A program made the translations under genes and the position numbers. Of a DNA stretch of 64,000 bases, positions 9,264-17,347 are shown one piece after another. Origin of the DNA: Patescibacteria group bacterium (GTDB lineage: Bacteria > Patescibacteriota > Patescibacteriia > Patescibacteriales > UBA12465); assembly GCA_050949505.1 (NCBI GenBank), contig JBMNFV010000001.1, positions 286,284 through 350,283 on the forward strand, read 5' to 3'. How positions within the stretch are numbered: the first letter of the stretch is position 1; each line of letters opens with the position of its first letter. The notes beneath the pieces are model-generated. The model searched no databases. It saw nothing but the letters and a program-made list of their open reading frames with translations, and was not told where the DNA came from.

Positions 9264-9447
9264 TATTCTGGATTTTGTTCAAAAAAAGTTAGAATTTCAA
9301 CCAAAAGGTACCGCCAAATGTAACTTCCGCTTCCGAAAGGAAATCGGGCATTGGGGTAATGGCGATTATGAAGTGAAGCTCGAAAAGGAAGAAGAAATTG
9401 AGCAAGTTTTTGAGCTTATTAAGCAAAGTTATACCTACAACAAATAA
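9202..9447 (+). pseudogene. Probable C-terminal remnant of a larger protein (DUF5655-like tail), cut by the recombinase gene
   Basis: KGTAKCNFRFRKEIGHWGNGDYEVKLEKEEEIEQVFELIKQSY resembles a DUF5655-type C-terminus; its N-terminal part is antisense to the recombinase start. Confidence 0.45.
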
Positions 9448-9449
9448 CT

Positions 9450-10715
9450 ATGGCGAGCAAATCATTAAATAAAAATCTTCATAAGGCGAGCAAAGCAAAG
9501 AATGATGAATTCTATACACAGCTTGGCGATATTGCCAACGAACTCAAACATTACCGTGAACAACTACGCGGCAAGGTTATTTTTTGTAATTGCGATGATC
9601 CGTTTGAGAGTAACTTTTTCAAATATTTTGCTGCTAATTTCAATACGCTCGGCCTTAAAAAGCTTATTTCCACCAGTTTTAGTGGCTCGCCAATCGTGGG
9701 ACAACAAATGCTCCCCGGCTTGATGGAGGGTTTGAAAAAAGCAGAAAAGAAAGAGCCGTATGTGGTGGAAATCAACGAAGTACCGGATATGAACAAAGAC
9801 GGGGCGATAAGTATGGACGACGTTGAGCATTTGCTAAAGCACGATAAAAATGTTTCTACACCACTTAAAGACGGCGATTTTCGTAGTGAGGAATGCGTAG
9901 AACTTCTTAAACAAGCCGATATTGTCATTACCAATCCACCATTCAGTCTTTTTCGTGAATTTGTGGCGCAACTTGTGGAGCATAACAAAAAATTTCTTAT
10001 TATCGGAAGCAAAAATGCCATCACCTATAAAGATATTTTCAAATTGATTAAAGAAAATAAGCTGTGGCTCGGATATGGTTTTGCTGGAGGAAATGCTTAT
10101 TTCAAAATCCCACCAGAGAAGGCGCGCGAATTTGCATCCGGCGTATACGACCCGAATACTGGTCTTGTAAAGTTTCGCAATGTCGGTTGGTACACAAATC
10201 TTTATGTAGATAGGTCTGAAAACCCGCTTACGCCATACCTCACTTATGAGCAAGGCCGCAAGAAAGGACTTTATCCAAAATACGATAATTACGACGCTAT
10301 TGAAGTATCGAAATTAGCTGAAATCCCCACTGATTATGATGGCGTTATGGGGGTTCCGATAACCTTTTTGGATTATTGGACTCCTGATAGCAGCATAGAA
10401 ATAGTCAAATTCAGAAAAGGTGATGACGACAAAGACCTAGCGTTTACGAGAGAGAGAGAGAGTACAACCGTACTTCAGAATACTCATTCGCTATCCTCGG
10501 ACAAACAGGAGTCATTGAACCAGATGGAATCTGTATCGAATACAAAGCGGGCCGACCGTACATCAATGGACAAAGGAAGTATGCGAGATTATTCATCAAA
10601 CAAGTTTGAAATCCTGGGTATCGCAAACTCGGCACGATGGATAGGTTACGAACTGTATACGATTATAGACGGGCGAAAAATTTACAACAGGATTATAATT
10701 AAACGAAGGCAATAA
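9450..10715 (+). CDS. EcoRI-family adenine-specific DNA methyltransferase
   Basis: KNDEFYTQLGDIANELKHY, DIVITNPPFSLFREFVAQL, KKFLIIGSKNAITYKDIFKLIKENKLWLGYG: characteristic of the EcoRI methylase family. Confidence 0.87.
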   Translation: MASKSLNKNLHKASKAKNDEFYTQLGDIANELKHYREQLRGKVIFCNCDDPFESNFFKYFAANFNTLGLKKLISTSFSGSPIVGQQMLPGLMEGLKKAEKKEPYVVEINEVPDMNKDGAISMDDVEHLLKHDKNVSTPLKDGDFRSEECVELLKQADIVITNPPFSLFREFVAQLVEHNKKFLIIGSKNAITYKDIFKLIKENKLWLGYGFAGGNAYFKIPPEKAREFASGVYDPNTGLVKFRNVGWYTNLYVDRSENPLTPYLTYEQGRKKGLYPKYDNYDAIEVSKLAEIPTDYDGVMGVPITFLDYWTPDSSIEIVKFRKGDDDKDLAFTRERESTTVLQNTHSLSSDKQESLNQMESVSNTKRADRTSMDKGSMRDYSSNKFEILGIANSARWIGYELYTIIDGRKIYNRIIIKRRQ

Positions 10716-10717
10716 AT

Positions 10718-11815
10718 ATGAAAATAGAGCTAAAAAACATAAAAATACGGGATGTGGTGAACGGCTACAAAGACAGTGGCGAGAGTGGCGTGGTCGGTTA
10801 TGGTGGCAAACTCAATATTCGTCCGGCGTTCCAGCGCGAGTTTATTTATGGGCAGAAAGAGCGCGACGCTGTTATACGAACAGTACGATCAGGCTTTCCG
10901 CTCAATACCATGTATTGGTCGGATGATGGAGATGGAAATTTTGAACTTATGGACGGACAACAACGCACAATTTCAATTTGCCAATACGTTACTGAGATTA
11001 TCCCCATTAAGTTTGATGATGGCTATGAACTCGCTTTCAATAATTTGACCGCTGACCAACAGCAGAAAATTTTAGACTACGAACTATCAATTTACATTTG
11101 CGAGGGTACGGAAAGCGAAAAACTCGCGTGGTTTCGGACGATCAATATTGCGGGCAAGCCTTTAACCGATCAGGAACTTCTGAACGCCATGCACACGGGT
11201 CCGTGGCTTGCCGACGCGAAGCGTTGGTTTAGCAAAACCGGCGGGCCAGCATATCAAATTGGCGAGAATTACATAAACGGCTCGCCGATTCGGCAGGACT
11301 ATTTGGAAAAAGCGCTTGACTGGATTTCAGGAGGCAAAATTGAGAATTACATGAGCCTCCATCAGCAAGACGCTGACGCGCAGGAACTATGGCAATACTT
11401 CCAAGCGGTTATAGCGTGGGTGGAGAGAGTATTTCCTGAATATCGCAAGATTATGAAAGGTTTGGAGTGGGGGCGATTTTATAACGAGCACAAAGACGAC
11501 AAACTGAACGCGGCGAGCCTAGAAAGGCGGATTGCAGAATTGATTGCCGATGACGAGGTGGACAGCAAGAAAGGCATTTACGAATATCTGCTAACGGGCA
11601 ACGAAAAGACGCTCAATCTGAGAGTATTTGATGAAAAGACAAAAGTTGCGCAGTACGAAAAACAGAAAGGAATTTGCCCGATATGCAAAAAACATTTCGC
11701 AATTGACGAAATGGAAGCCGATCATATTGTGCCGTGGCACTCTGGCGGGAAAACAATTGAAAAAAATTGCCAAATGTTGTGCAAGCCAGATAACAGGACT
11801 AAATCTGGGAAATAA
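10718..11815 (+). CDS. DUF262 (ParB-like/GmrS-like) domain protein with C-terminal HNH endonuclease domain
   Basis: IRPAFQREFIYGQKERDAVI..FELMDGQQRTISI (DUF262 hallmark) and C-terminal CPICKKHF...MEADHIVPWHSGGKTIEKNCQMLCKPDNRTKSGK (HNH). Confidence 0.9.
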   Translation: MKIELKNIKIRDVVNGYKDSGESGVVGYGGKLNIRPAFQREFIYGQKERDAVIRTVRSGFPLNTMYWSDDGDGNFELMDGQQRTISICQYVTEIIPIKFDDGYELAFNNLTADQQQKILDYELSIYICEGTESEKLAWFRTINIAGKPLTDQELLNAMHTGPWLADAKRWFSKTGGPAYQIGENYINGSPIRQDYLEKALDWISGGKIENYMSLHQQDADAQELWQYFQAVIAWVERVFPEYRKIMKGLEWGRFYNEHKDDKLNAASLERRIAELIADDEVDSKKGIYEYLLTGNEKTLNLRVFDEKTKVAQYEKQKGICPICKKHFAIDEMEADHIVPWHSGGKTIEKNCQMLCKPDNRTKSGK

Positions 11816-11818
11816 ATT

Positions 11819-13102
11819 ATGAAAAAACCTATTCACTATACAAAACTCATAGTAAATCCGGAGAACTATCGCTTTGATCCAGTAGAGAATCAAGAAGAAG
11901 CGATTGATTTAATGCTTGAAGAAAAAGGGTCAGAAATTGTCAATCTTGCAAAGCATATTTTAGAACACGGGCTAGACGAGGCTAAAGATTTCAGAGTTTT
12001 AGAGGTGAAATCAGGAAAGTACCTTGTGCTGGACGGCAATAGACGAACAACGGCAATTAAATGTTTACATGATCAATCTTTTATAAAAGATGAGAAAATA
12101 AAAAAAGCATTTCAAAATCTAGCCAAAACAAAAAAAGTAGCACCAAAAAATATTCAATCCTTTGTCTACGCTGATGAAAAATCGGCAGCTAAATGGATTA
12201 AGTTAGATCATACTGGTAAAAATGAAGGCGTTGGTCAAGATTCATGGGGGTCTGCAGAAAAAGACAGATTCGCATATAAGTTTGAGGGTAAAATTTCTCC
12301 GGCAATGCAAGCTGTTTCAGTCATAGAGAAAGAATTAAACAAAAAAATCGATACGAAGAAATTAAAGGTATCTACAATCAATCGCATACTATCAAATCCA
12401 GAATCTCGGTCATACTTAGGAGTGAATGTTAGTGGTAGTAAATTGATTTTCACAGCAGCTAAAAAAGAGGCTTGCGCACGCTTGGATAAGTTGTTCGATA
12501 AAGTTATTCAAGACAATGTAACTGTCGCAAGTGTTTATCACACACCTCAAACAATTGAATTTATGAAAGAGCTTTTTGGAGATAAGCCAAAAGACTCAAC
12601 TAAACCAACTCTTCCATTTCACGAAAACGAAGACGTTAAAACTAAAGAAGAAAAGCAAAGAAAAACACAAAGAGAGAAAGCTAAGCAGCAAAAATTCTTC
12701 GGGAAAGATTTGTTCTTAAAAAAAGGAGACACGAATAATATTTACATGGATATATTAGATTTGCATGGTTTTTATGTAAGTAATACTGCTAAGCTTTCCA
12801 AAAATTTTCCCGCAATGATTAGAATGTCTTTGCGATTGCTTGTTGAATCTGCAACGCCTGAAAAGAAAAAAATTGCTGATTATGTGAATAGTAATTTTGT
12901 TGAAGCGAAAGAGGCTTTGACCACGGATCAAAAGACAACATTAGCAAACAACAGTATAAATAATGCAGGAAATTTAATTCAGTTATTACAATCTGGGGCG
13001 CACAACTACGCGAATTCTGCTAATTTTGAACAAACAGTCGCTATGTCAATTATCATAGGAGCGATGTTAGACATAACACACGCAAAACACAATGAAAAGT
13101 AA
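11819..13102 (+). CDS. ParB/Srx-like domain protein
   Basis: N-terminal LIVNPENYRFDPVENQEEAI..VLEVKSGKYLVLDGNRRTTAIKCLHD resembles the ParB/Srx-like (DGNRR) domain; the rest is uncharacterised. Confidence 0.7.
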   Translation: MKKPIHYTKLIVNPENYRFDPVENQEEAIDLMLEEKGSEIVNLAKHILEHGLDEAKDFRVLEVKSGKYLVLDGNRRTTAIKCLHDQSFIKDEKIKKAFQNLAKTKKVAPKNIQSFVYADEKSAAKWIKLDHTGKNEGVGQDSWGSAEKDRFAYKFEGKISPAMQAVSVIEKELNKKIDTKKLKVSTINRILSNPESRSYLGVNVSGSKLIFTAAKKEACARLDKLFDKVIQDNVTVASVYHTPQTIEFMKELFGDKPKDSTKPTLPFHENEDVKTKEEKQRKTQREKAKQQKFFGKDLFLKKGDTNNIYMDILDLHGFYVSNTAKLSKNFPAMIRMSLRLLVESATPEKKKIADYVNSNFVEAKEALTTDQKTTLANNSINNAGNLIQLLQSGAHNYANSANFEQTVAMSIIIGAMLDITHAKHNEK

Positions 13103-13958
13103 AGCTGACAAAAAAATATCTGGTTTTTCGAGTCCGCTTCGTTATCCAGGCGGGAAAACACGTCTTGCCAACAAACTACTTGAGGCAATAGAGAAAAACT
13201 GCAACCAAAAAGAAAAGGTGATTTTGGTTGAGCCGTATGCCGGTGGAGCGGGCGCTTCCCTTGCTTTGCTTTTTGCAAAAAAAGTTGAAAAAATTGTTAT
13301 CAACGATCTTGATAAGGCAATTTTCACATTCTGGAAAATAGCGGTTTCCGATACTGACTATTTAATCAATAAAATACGGCGAACCGATATAACTATAGAG
13401 GAATGGAGAAAGCAAAAAGCAATTTATGCTTCGACAAAAAGCAAGCGCAAACTTGCATTTGCCACTTTATTTTTAAATAGAACAAATCGCTCCGGAATAA
13501 TGAATGGCGGGCCGATTGGCGGAACTGATCAATCCGGAACATGGAAAGTAAGTGCACGCTTTACCAAACAAACTATTATTGATCGGCTTGAAAAAATTAA
13601 AGAATTTCATAATAAAATTGAAGTGTACAATCTGGACGGCATAGAATTGTTAAAAAAGCTGGAAGAACGAAAAAACCGAAGCCAATATTTTATATTTCTT
13701 GACCCACCGTATTTTCAAAAAGGGCAATCTCTATACTTGAACCATTACAGCAACAAAGATCACGAAAATCTATCAGAATTTTTGGAAAAATCATCATTCA
13801 AGAAGTGGATTATGACTTACGATGACGTTCCATATATTAAAAACTTATACGCAACAATGCGGACAAAAGGATTTGCTATTCAACACAATGCGTATGAGTC
13901 AAAAGTGGGCAGAGAGGTAATGATCTTTCCAAAAGAGTTTATTCCAGTGAATCTTTAA
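13092..13958 (+). CDS. D12-class (Dam-like) DNA adenine methylase
   Basis: SPLRYPGGKTRLANKLL, VEPYAGGAGASLALLF, FIFLDPPYFQKGQSLY. Confidence 0.88.
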   Translation: MKSKADKKISGFSSPLRYPGGKTRLANKLLEAIEKNCNQKEKVILVEPYAGGAGASLALLFAKKVEKIVINDLDKAIFTFWKIAVSDTDYLINKIRRTDITIEEWRKQKAIYASTKSKRKLAFATLFLNRTNRSGIMNGGPIGGTDQSGTWKVSARFTKQTIIDRLEKIKEFHNKIEVYNLDGIELLKKLEERKNRSQYFIFLDPPYFQKGQSLYLNHYSNKDHENLSEFLEKSSFKKWIMTYDDVPYIKNLYATMRTKGFAIQHNAYESKVGREVMIFPKEFIPVNL

Positions 13959-13992
13959 GGGAGTTCCGCTTGCGCGCGCAGAGAGTATCACC

Positions 13993-14069
13993 ACGCGCTC
14001 CGCGCGTACGATTTGGCTCAGAGCCACCACGCACGCGGAGCGTGCGCAGATCAATCGCTTCGCGATTGG
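13993..14069. repeat. Cluster of four short perfect hairpins (right side of island)
   Basis: ACGCGC-TCC-GCGCGT (13993-14007), TGGCT-CAG-AGCCA (14014-14026), CGCACGC-GGA-GCGTGCG (14030-14046), CAATCGC-TTC-GCGATTG (14052-14068). Confidence 0.85.
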
Positions 14070-14129
14070 AAAAAGGTTCGCGCAAAGGTTAATATTTCAC
14101 CGCCACATTGTGTTAGCACGAAATGGTTT

Positions 14130-14160
14130 AAAACAGAGCTTATTTAAGGCTCTGTTTTTA
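14130..14160 (+). terminator. Terminator-like hairpin with T run
   Basis: AAAACAGAGC-ttatttaag-GCTCTGTTTTT. Confidence 0.65.
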
Positions 14161-14266
14161 GTATAATCTTTTTGAAATTATGTGTTAATAATCTTGACTA
14201 TCAATATCAATATACTTGACTTCGCTCTCTCTCAGTGCTAGGCTAATAGTAGTTAAGTGTAAAAAT

Positions 14267-14956
14267 ATGAGTCAAAAATTACATCAATTATTAAAAGATT
14301 TAAGAGAGCAGAAAAGCCTATCACAACAAGAAGTAGCTGAAAAATTAGGCATGTCTAGGCCTTCCTATATTTTAATTGAACAAGGGAAGAGGGGCTTAAC
14401 TTTATTAGAAGCTCAGATAATAACAAAAATGTTTGGTATTAGTTTAGGGGACCTGGAAATGGGAGTAGTGCCAGATATAGAAAAGTACAAAGAGATGATT
14501 CTTTCGTTTCTTAGATTTTTTAATATCAAAGGAGATGGCAAGGTTCCAAAAACTAAATTAGCTAAATTATTATATTTAGCAGATTTTTCTTATTACTATG
14601 CTAATTTTGAAAGTATGAGTGGAATGCAATACCGAAGACTTAAATATGGTCCAGTTTCAGATTTGTATTTTAGAGCCCTAGATGAGTTGGAGGAGGAAGG
14701 GAGAATAGAGCGAGACAACAGGAAGAGCGATGTAATATTAATAAGTGAAAATGAGGGCTCTAAAAAAGCATCATTAAAAAGATTACAAGAAAAAGAGGCA
14801 GGCCTCATTACTAAGATTGCCAAAAAATGGGAAGATAAAAAAACTAGAGAGATTGTTAACTTCACTCACAATCAATTACCCTATAAGGCCAGCTTGCCTG
14901 ATGAAACTATTTCTTACGAATTAATCATTCAAGAAGATCCGGGACATGTTTATTAA
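14267..14956 (+). CDS. XRE HTH plus Panacea (DUF4065/SocA-like) antitoxin
   Basis: LREQKSLSQQEVAEKLGMSRPSYILIEQGKRGLT (HTH); KTKLAKLLYLADFSYYYANFESMSGMQYRRLKYGPVSDLYFRALDELEEEGRI (Panacea). Start moved to MSQKLHQ. Confidence 0.85.
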   Translation: MSQKLHQLLKDLREQKSLSQQEVAEKLGMSRPSYILIEQGKRGLTLLEAQIITKMFGISLGDLEMGVVPDIEKYKEMILSFLRFFNIKGDGKVPKTKLAKLLYLADFSYYYANFESMSGMQYRRLKYGPVSDLYFRALDELEEEGRIERDNRKSDVILISENEGSKKASLKRLQEKEAGLITKIAKKWEDKKTREIVNFTHNQLPYKASLPDETISYELIIQEDPGHVY

Positions 14957-15338
14957 ATACAATGTTAAAACAGAAGATTTTGCCGAAAAGTATTATATAA
15001 AAAAATTTAGAAAAAAATATAAAACATATTGGGAGACAACCTTCAGGGGGCTTGAGAAGGTTTTAGAAAATTTAGACAGCGTCAGGGGCACCGATATGAT
15101 AGAGGAAATAAGTAGTCAAGGAGATTTAGCGGTGCTAAAAATGCAGTTTCGTGTAGCTGGCACTAATTTCTCCAAAAAGACCTCAGGCAACAGATGTATT
15201 TTATCGGCAAATAGAAAAACAAGAGAAATAAGGATTTTATTGGTTTATCATAAAAACGATCTAGGGGGCAAAAATGAAACAGTCACTTGGAAAAAATTGA
15301 TTAGAGATAATTATAGTGATTATTATTTTTGTAAATAA
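14946..15338 (+). CDS. Probable cognate toxin, RelE/HigB-like, overlapping the antitoxin
   Basis: Overlaps the upstream stop; RGLEKVLENLDS..GDLAVLKMQFRVAGT..KKTSGNRCILSANRKTREIRILLVYHKND is reminiscent of a RelE-like fold. Confidence 0.5.
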   Translation: MFIKYNVKTEDFAEKYYIKKFRKKYKTYWETTFRGLEKVLENLDSVRGTDMIEEISSQGDLAVLKMQFRVAGTNFSKKTSGNRCILSANRKTREIRILLVYHKNDLGGKNETVTWKKLIRDNYSDYYFCK

Positions 15339-15351
15339 TAAAAGTAAAAAT

Positions 15352-16200
15352 ATGAAAAAAACAATAAAACAAAAGAATATAAAACCAGTAATTTTTGAAG
15401 AAAAGACAATTAGGAGAGATTGGCATGATAATGAATGGTATTTTTCTATTGTTGATATTGTGGCAGTTTTATCTCAAAGTAATAACCCAAATAGATATTG
15501 GAGTGACCTTAAAAGAAAGCTTGTTTCTGAAGGATATTATGAGTTATACGAAAAAATCGTACAACTGAAATTACCAGCAACAGATGGTAAAAAATATAAA
15601 ACGGATAGCATAAATTTGCAAGGAATTTTTCGTATCATTCAAGCAATTTCTTCCCCTAAAGCAGAGCCTTTTAAGCAGTGGCTCGCAAAAGTAGGGCAAG
15701 AACGAATTGAGGAAATGGTTAATCCAGAAATAGCCTTGAATCGCTCCCGTGAATACTGGCAAAAGCATGGACGAAGTGAGAAGTGGATACAACAAAGAAT
15801 GATGGGGCAAGAAACGAGGAACAAATTAACTGATTATTGGAAATCAGCTAATGTTAAGAAGGGTGAAGAGTATGCAATTTTGACAAATATCATTCATCAA
15901 GAGTGGAGTGACCTTGATGTCCAAGAACATAAGAAATTAAAAAGACTTGATAAGTCTATAAACTTACGGGACCACATGTCAGAAGCTGAATTGATTTTTA
16001 CCGCTCTTGCTGAATTATCTACCAGGCAGATCGCAGAGTCTGAGCACTCACAGGACTTAGAAGAAAACAAGATTCCGGCAAAGCGAGGGGGAAGGATTGC
16101 TAAAGATGCACGATTAGCTCTTGAGAAAAAAACAGGTCAAAAAGTGGTGAGCGCTGAAAACTATTTACCAACACAAAAATCTAAGAAGAGATTAAAATAA
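15352..16200 (+). CDS. Bro-N/DinD-like protein
   Basis: TIRRDWHDNEWYFSIVDIVAVLSQSNNPNRYWSDLKRKL...LPATDGKKYKTDSINLQGIFRIIQAISSPKAEPFKQWLAKVGQERIEE. Confidence 0.8.
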   Translation: MKKTIKQKNIKPVIFEEKTIRRDWHDNEWYFSIVDIVAVLSQSNNPNRYWSDLKRKLVSEGYYELYEKIVQLKLPATDGKKYKTDSINLQGIFRIIQAISSPKAEPFKQWLAKVGQERIEEMVNPEIALNRSREYWQKHGRSEKWIQQRMMGQETRNKLTDYWKSANVKKGEEYAILTNIIHQEWSDLDVQEHKKLKRLDKSINLRDHMSEAELIFTALAELSTRQIAESEHSQDLEENKIPAKRGGRIAKDARLALEKKTGQKVVSAENYLPTQKSKKRLK

Positions 16201-16204
16201 GTAT

Positions 16205-16387
16205 ATGTCATTAGAAAAAATAAATTTTGATGAAGCTAGGCAGTCATAACTCCCGTTAGTAGAGCTCCTTATCAACACGGGTTATGAATATATTTCCCCT
16301 GAAGATGCCCTAAGGCAAATGAAATTAATATATGAAGATGTTGTTAATAAAAAAGATGCAAGTCTGCCAGAAAGAATTGAATTTTAA
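16205..16387 (+). pseudogene. Short remnant resembling a type I restriction (HsdR-like) N-terminus with an in-frame stop
   Basis: Translates MSLEKINFDEARQS*LPLVELLINTGYEYISPEDALRQMKLIYEDVVNKKDASLPERIEF*; TAA where CAA would restore the frame. Confidence 0.4.
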
Positions 16388-16444
16388 AAAGGGTCTGATT
16401 CTGGACATAAAGATAATTAGTATTAAAAAATAATTCTATCTAAT

Positions 16445-17332
16445 ATGAATAATTTAGAGAAGATAACTCAGCTCACGCCCGCTCAAGAAGAATTGGAGGG
16501 GGATAAGCTGGAAACAGAAACCACTTTAGAGAAAAGGGAGATTTTAGAGTCAGCCACAAAGTTTGCTGAGTATTTGGTTGCTCGTTGGCCACAAGTTGAG
16601 ACTGATAGCGAGTTTAAGGGAAAGTTAAATTATTATCTCTCTGGCTCTTTAGCGGTTATGCTGCTTTCTCAGGCTGAGGAATTCACCACAGTAGATGGGG
16701 CACAAATTCCCGAGATAGTAGAGGTTCAAACTAAAAAAATACCAGAGTCAGCAAGCAGGATTTTAACTTCTTTTGCTCGTCAACTGGGTGACTTAGATTA
16801 TGTTCCTAGTAAACACTACCAAGGCAATCCGGCTAGACTAAGAAAGGGTGGGGGAGGACCCGCCTTTACTGAAGTTCCCGAGATCGGACTTAAAGCCTTG
16901 AAGCAAGAAAAAGGACAACTAAAGATAATGTGTGATCCAGTGGAGACATTTGGAGAAAAGAGAGTGGCGAAGATTAGAGTCGCGGAACAAGATTATTATA
17001 TCTCTAGGCCAGACACAATGTTAGCTTATAAAGTTCTCCATTTGCTACAAAGTTTTGAACAGAAGCCAGATAAGTTTAACGCAGATTTCAAGAAAATTCT
17101 TAAGGCCTTACAAGAAATATATAGCGATAAAGAGCTGGAGAAAATAACTAGACAAGTATTAATAGATTATGAAAACTCTTTAAATAAGTCACCTAGTCAA
17201 GGGAGTGAGAAAAAAGAAAGCTCAACTAGTTATGGAGAGAAAGTTTCCGAATTAATTGATAAAACATTAGCCCTCCAGCAAATTTCTCCAGAGATTAGAG
17301 CGATCTTAGAGAAGTTAAAAGAAGAAGGATAA
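16445..17332 (+). CDS. Hypothetical protein
   Basis: 295-aa ORF with host-like codon usage; LNYYLSGSLAVMLLSQ..ARQLGDLDYV faintly suggests a nucleotidyltransferase-like domain. Confidence 0.6.
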   Translation: MNNLEKITQLTPAQEELEGDKLETETTLEKREILESATKFAEYLVARWPQVETDSEFKGKLNYYLSGSLAVMLLSQAEEFTTVDGAQIPEIVEVQTKKIPESASRILTSFARQLGDLDYVPSKHYQGNPARLRKGGGGPAFTEVPEIGLKALKQEKGQLKIMCDPVETFGEKRVAKIRVAEQDYYISRPDTMLAYKVLHLLQSFEQKPDKFNADFKKILKALQEIYSDKELEKITRQVLIDYENSLNKSPSQGSEKKESSTSYGEKVSELIDKTLALQQISPEIRAILEKLKEEG

Positions 17333-17347
17333 TTAGGAATAGTTTTT

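Larger units (their letters stand above)
7690..14105. mobile_element. Putative serine-recombinase-borne genomic island (boundaries approximate)
   Basis: tRNA-Ser adjacency, convergent recombinase, cargo of restriction/modification-like genes, hairpin arrays on both sides. Right edge is uncertain; only a short CCGCCA match (7689-7694 vs 14100-14105) was seen. Confidence 0.5.

Noticed and set aside
9551-10253. Minus-strand ORFs (9551-10024, 9564-9830, 9834-10253) opposite the MTase
   Set aside because: Low-complexity shadows of a strongly coding plus-strand gene.
9450-10966. Interpreting the cassette as a plain EcoRI-like type II R-M pair
   Set aside because: No EcoRI-like endonuclease is present; the neighbour is a DUF262-HNH protein and two further genes are tightly coupled. 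A simple type II pair does not explain the locus, although it cannot be excluded experimentally.
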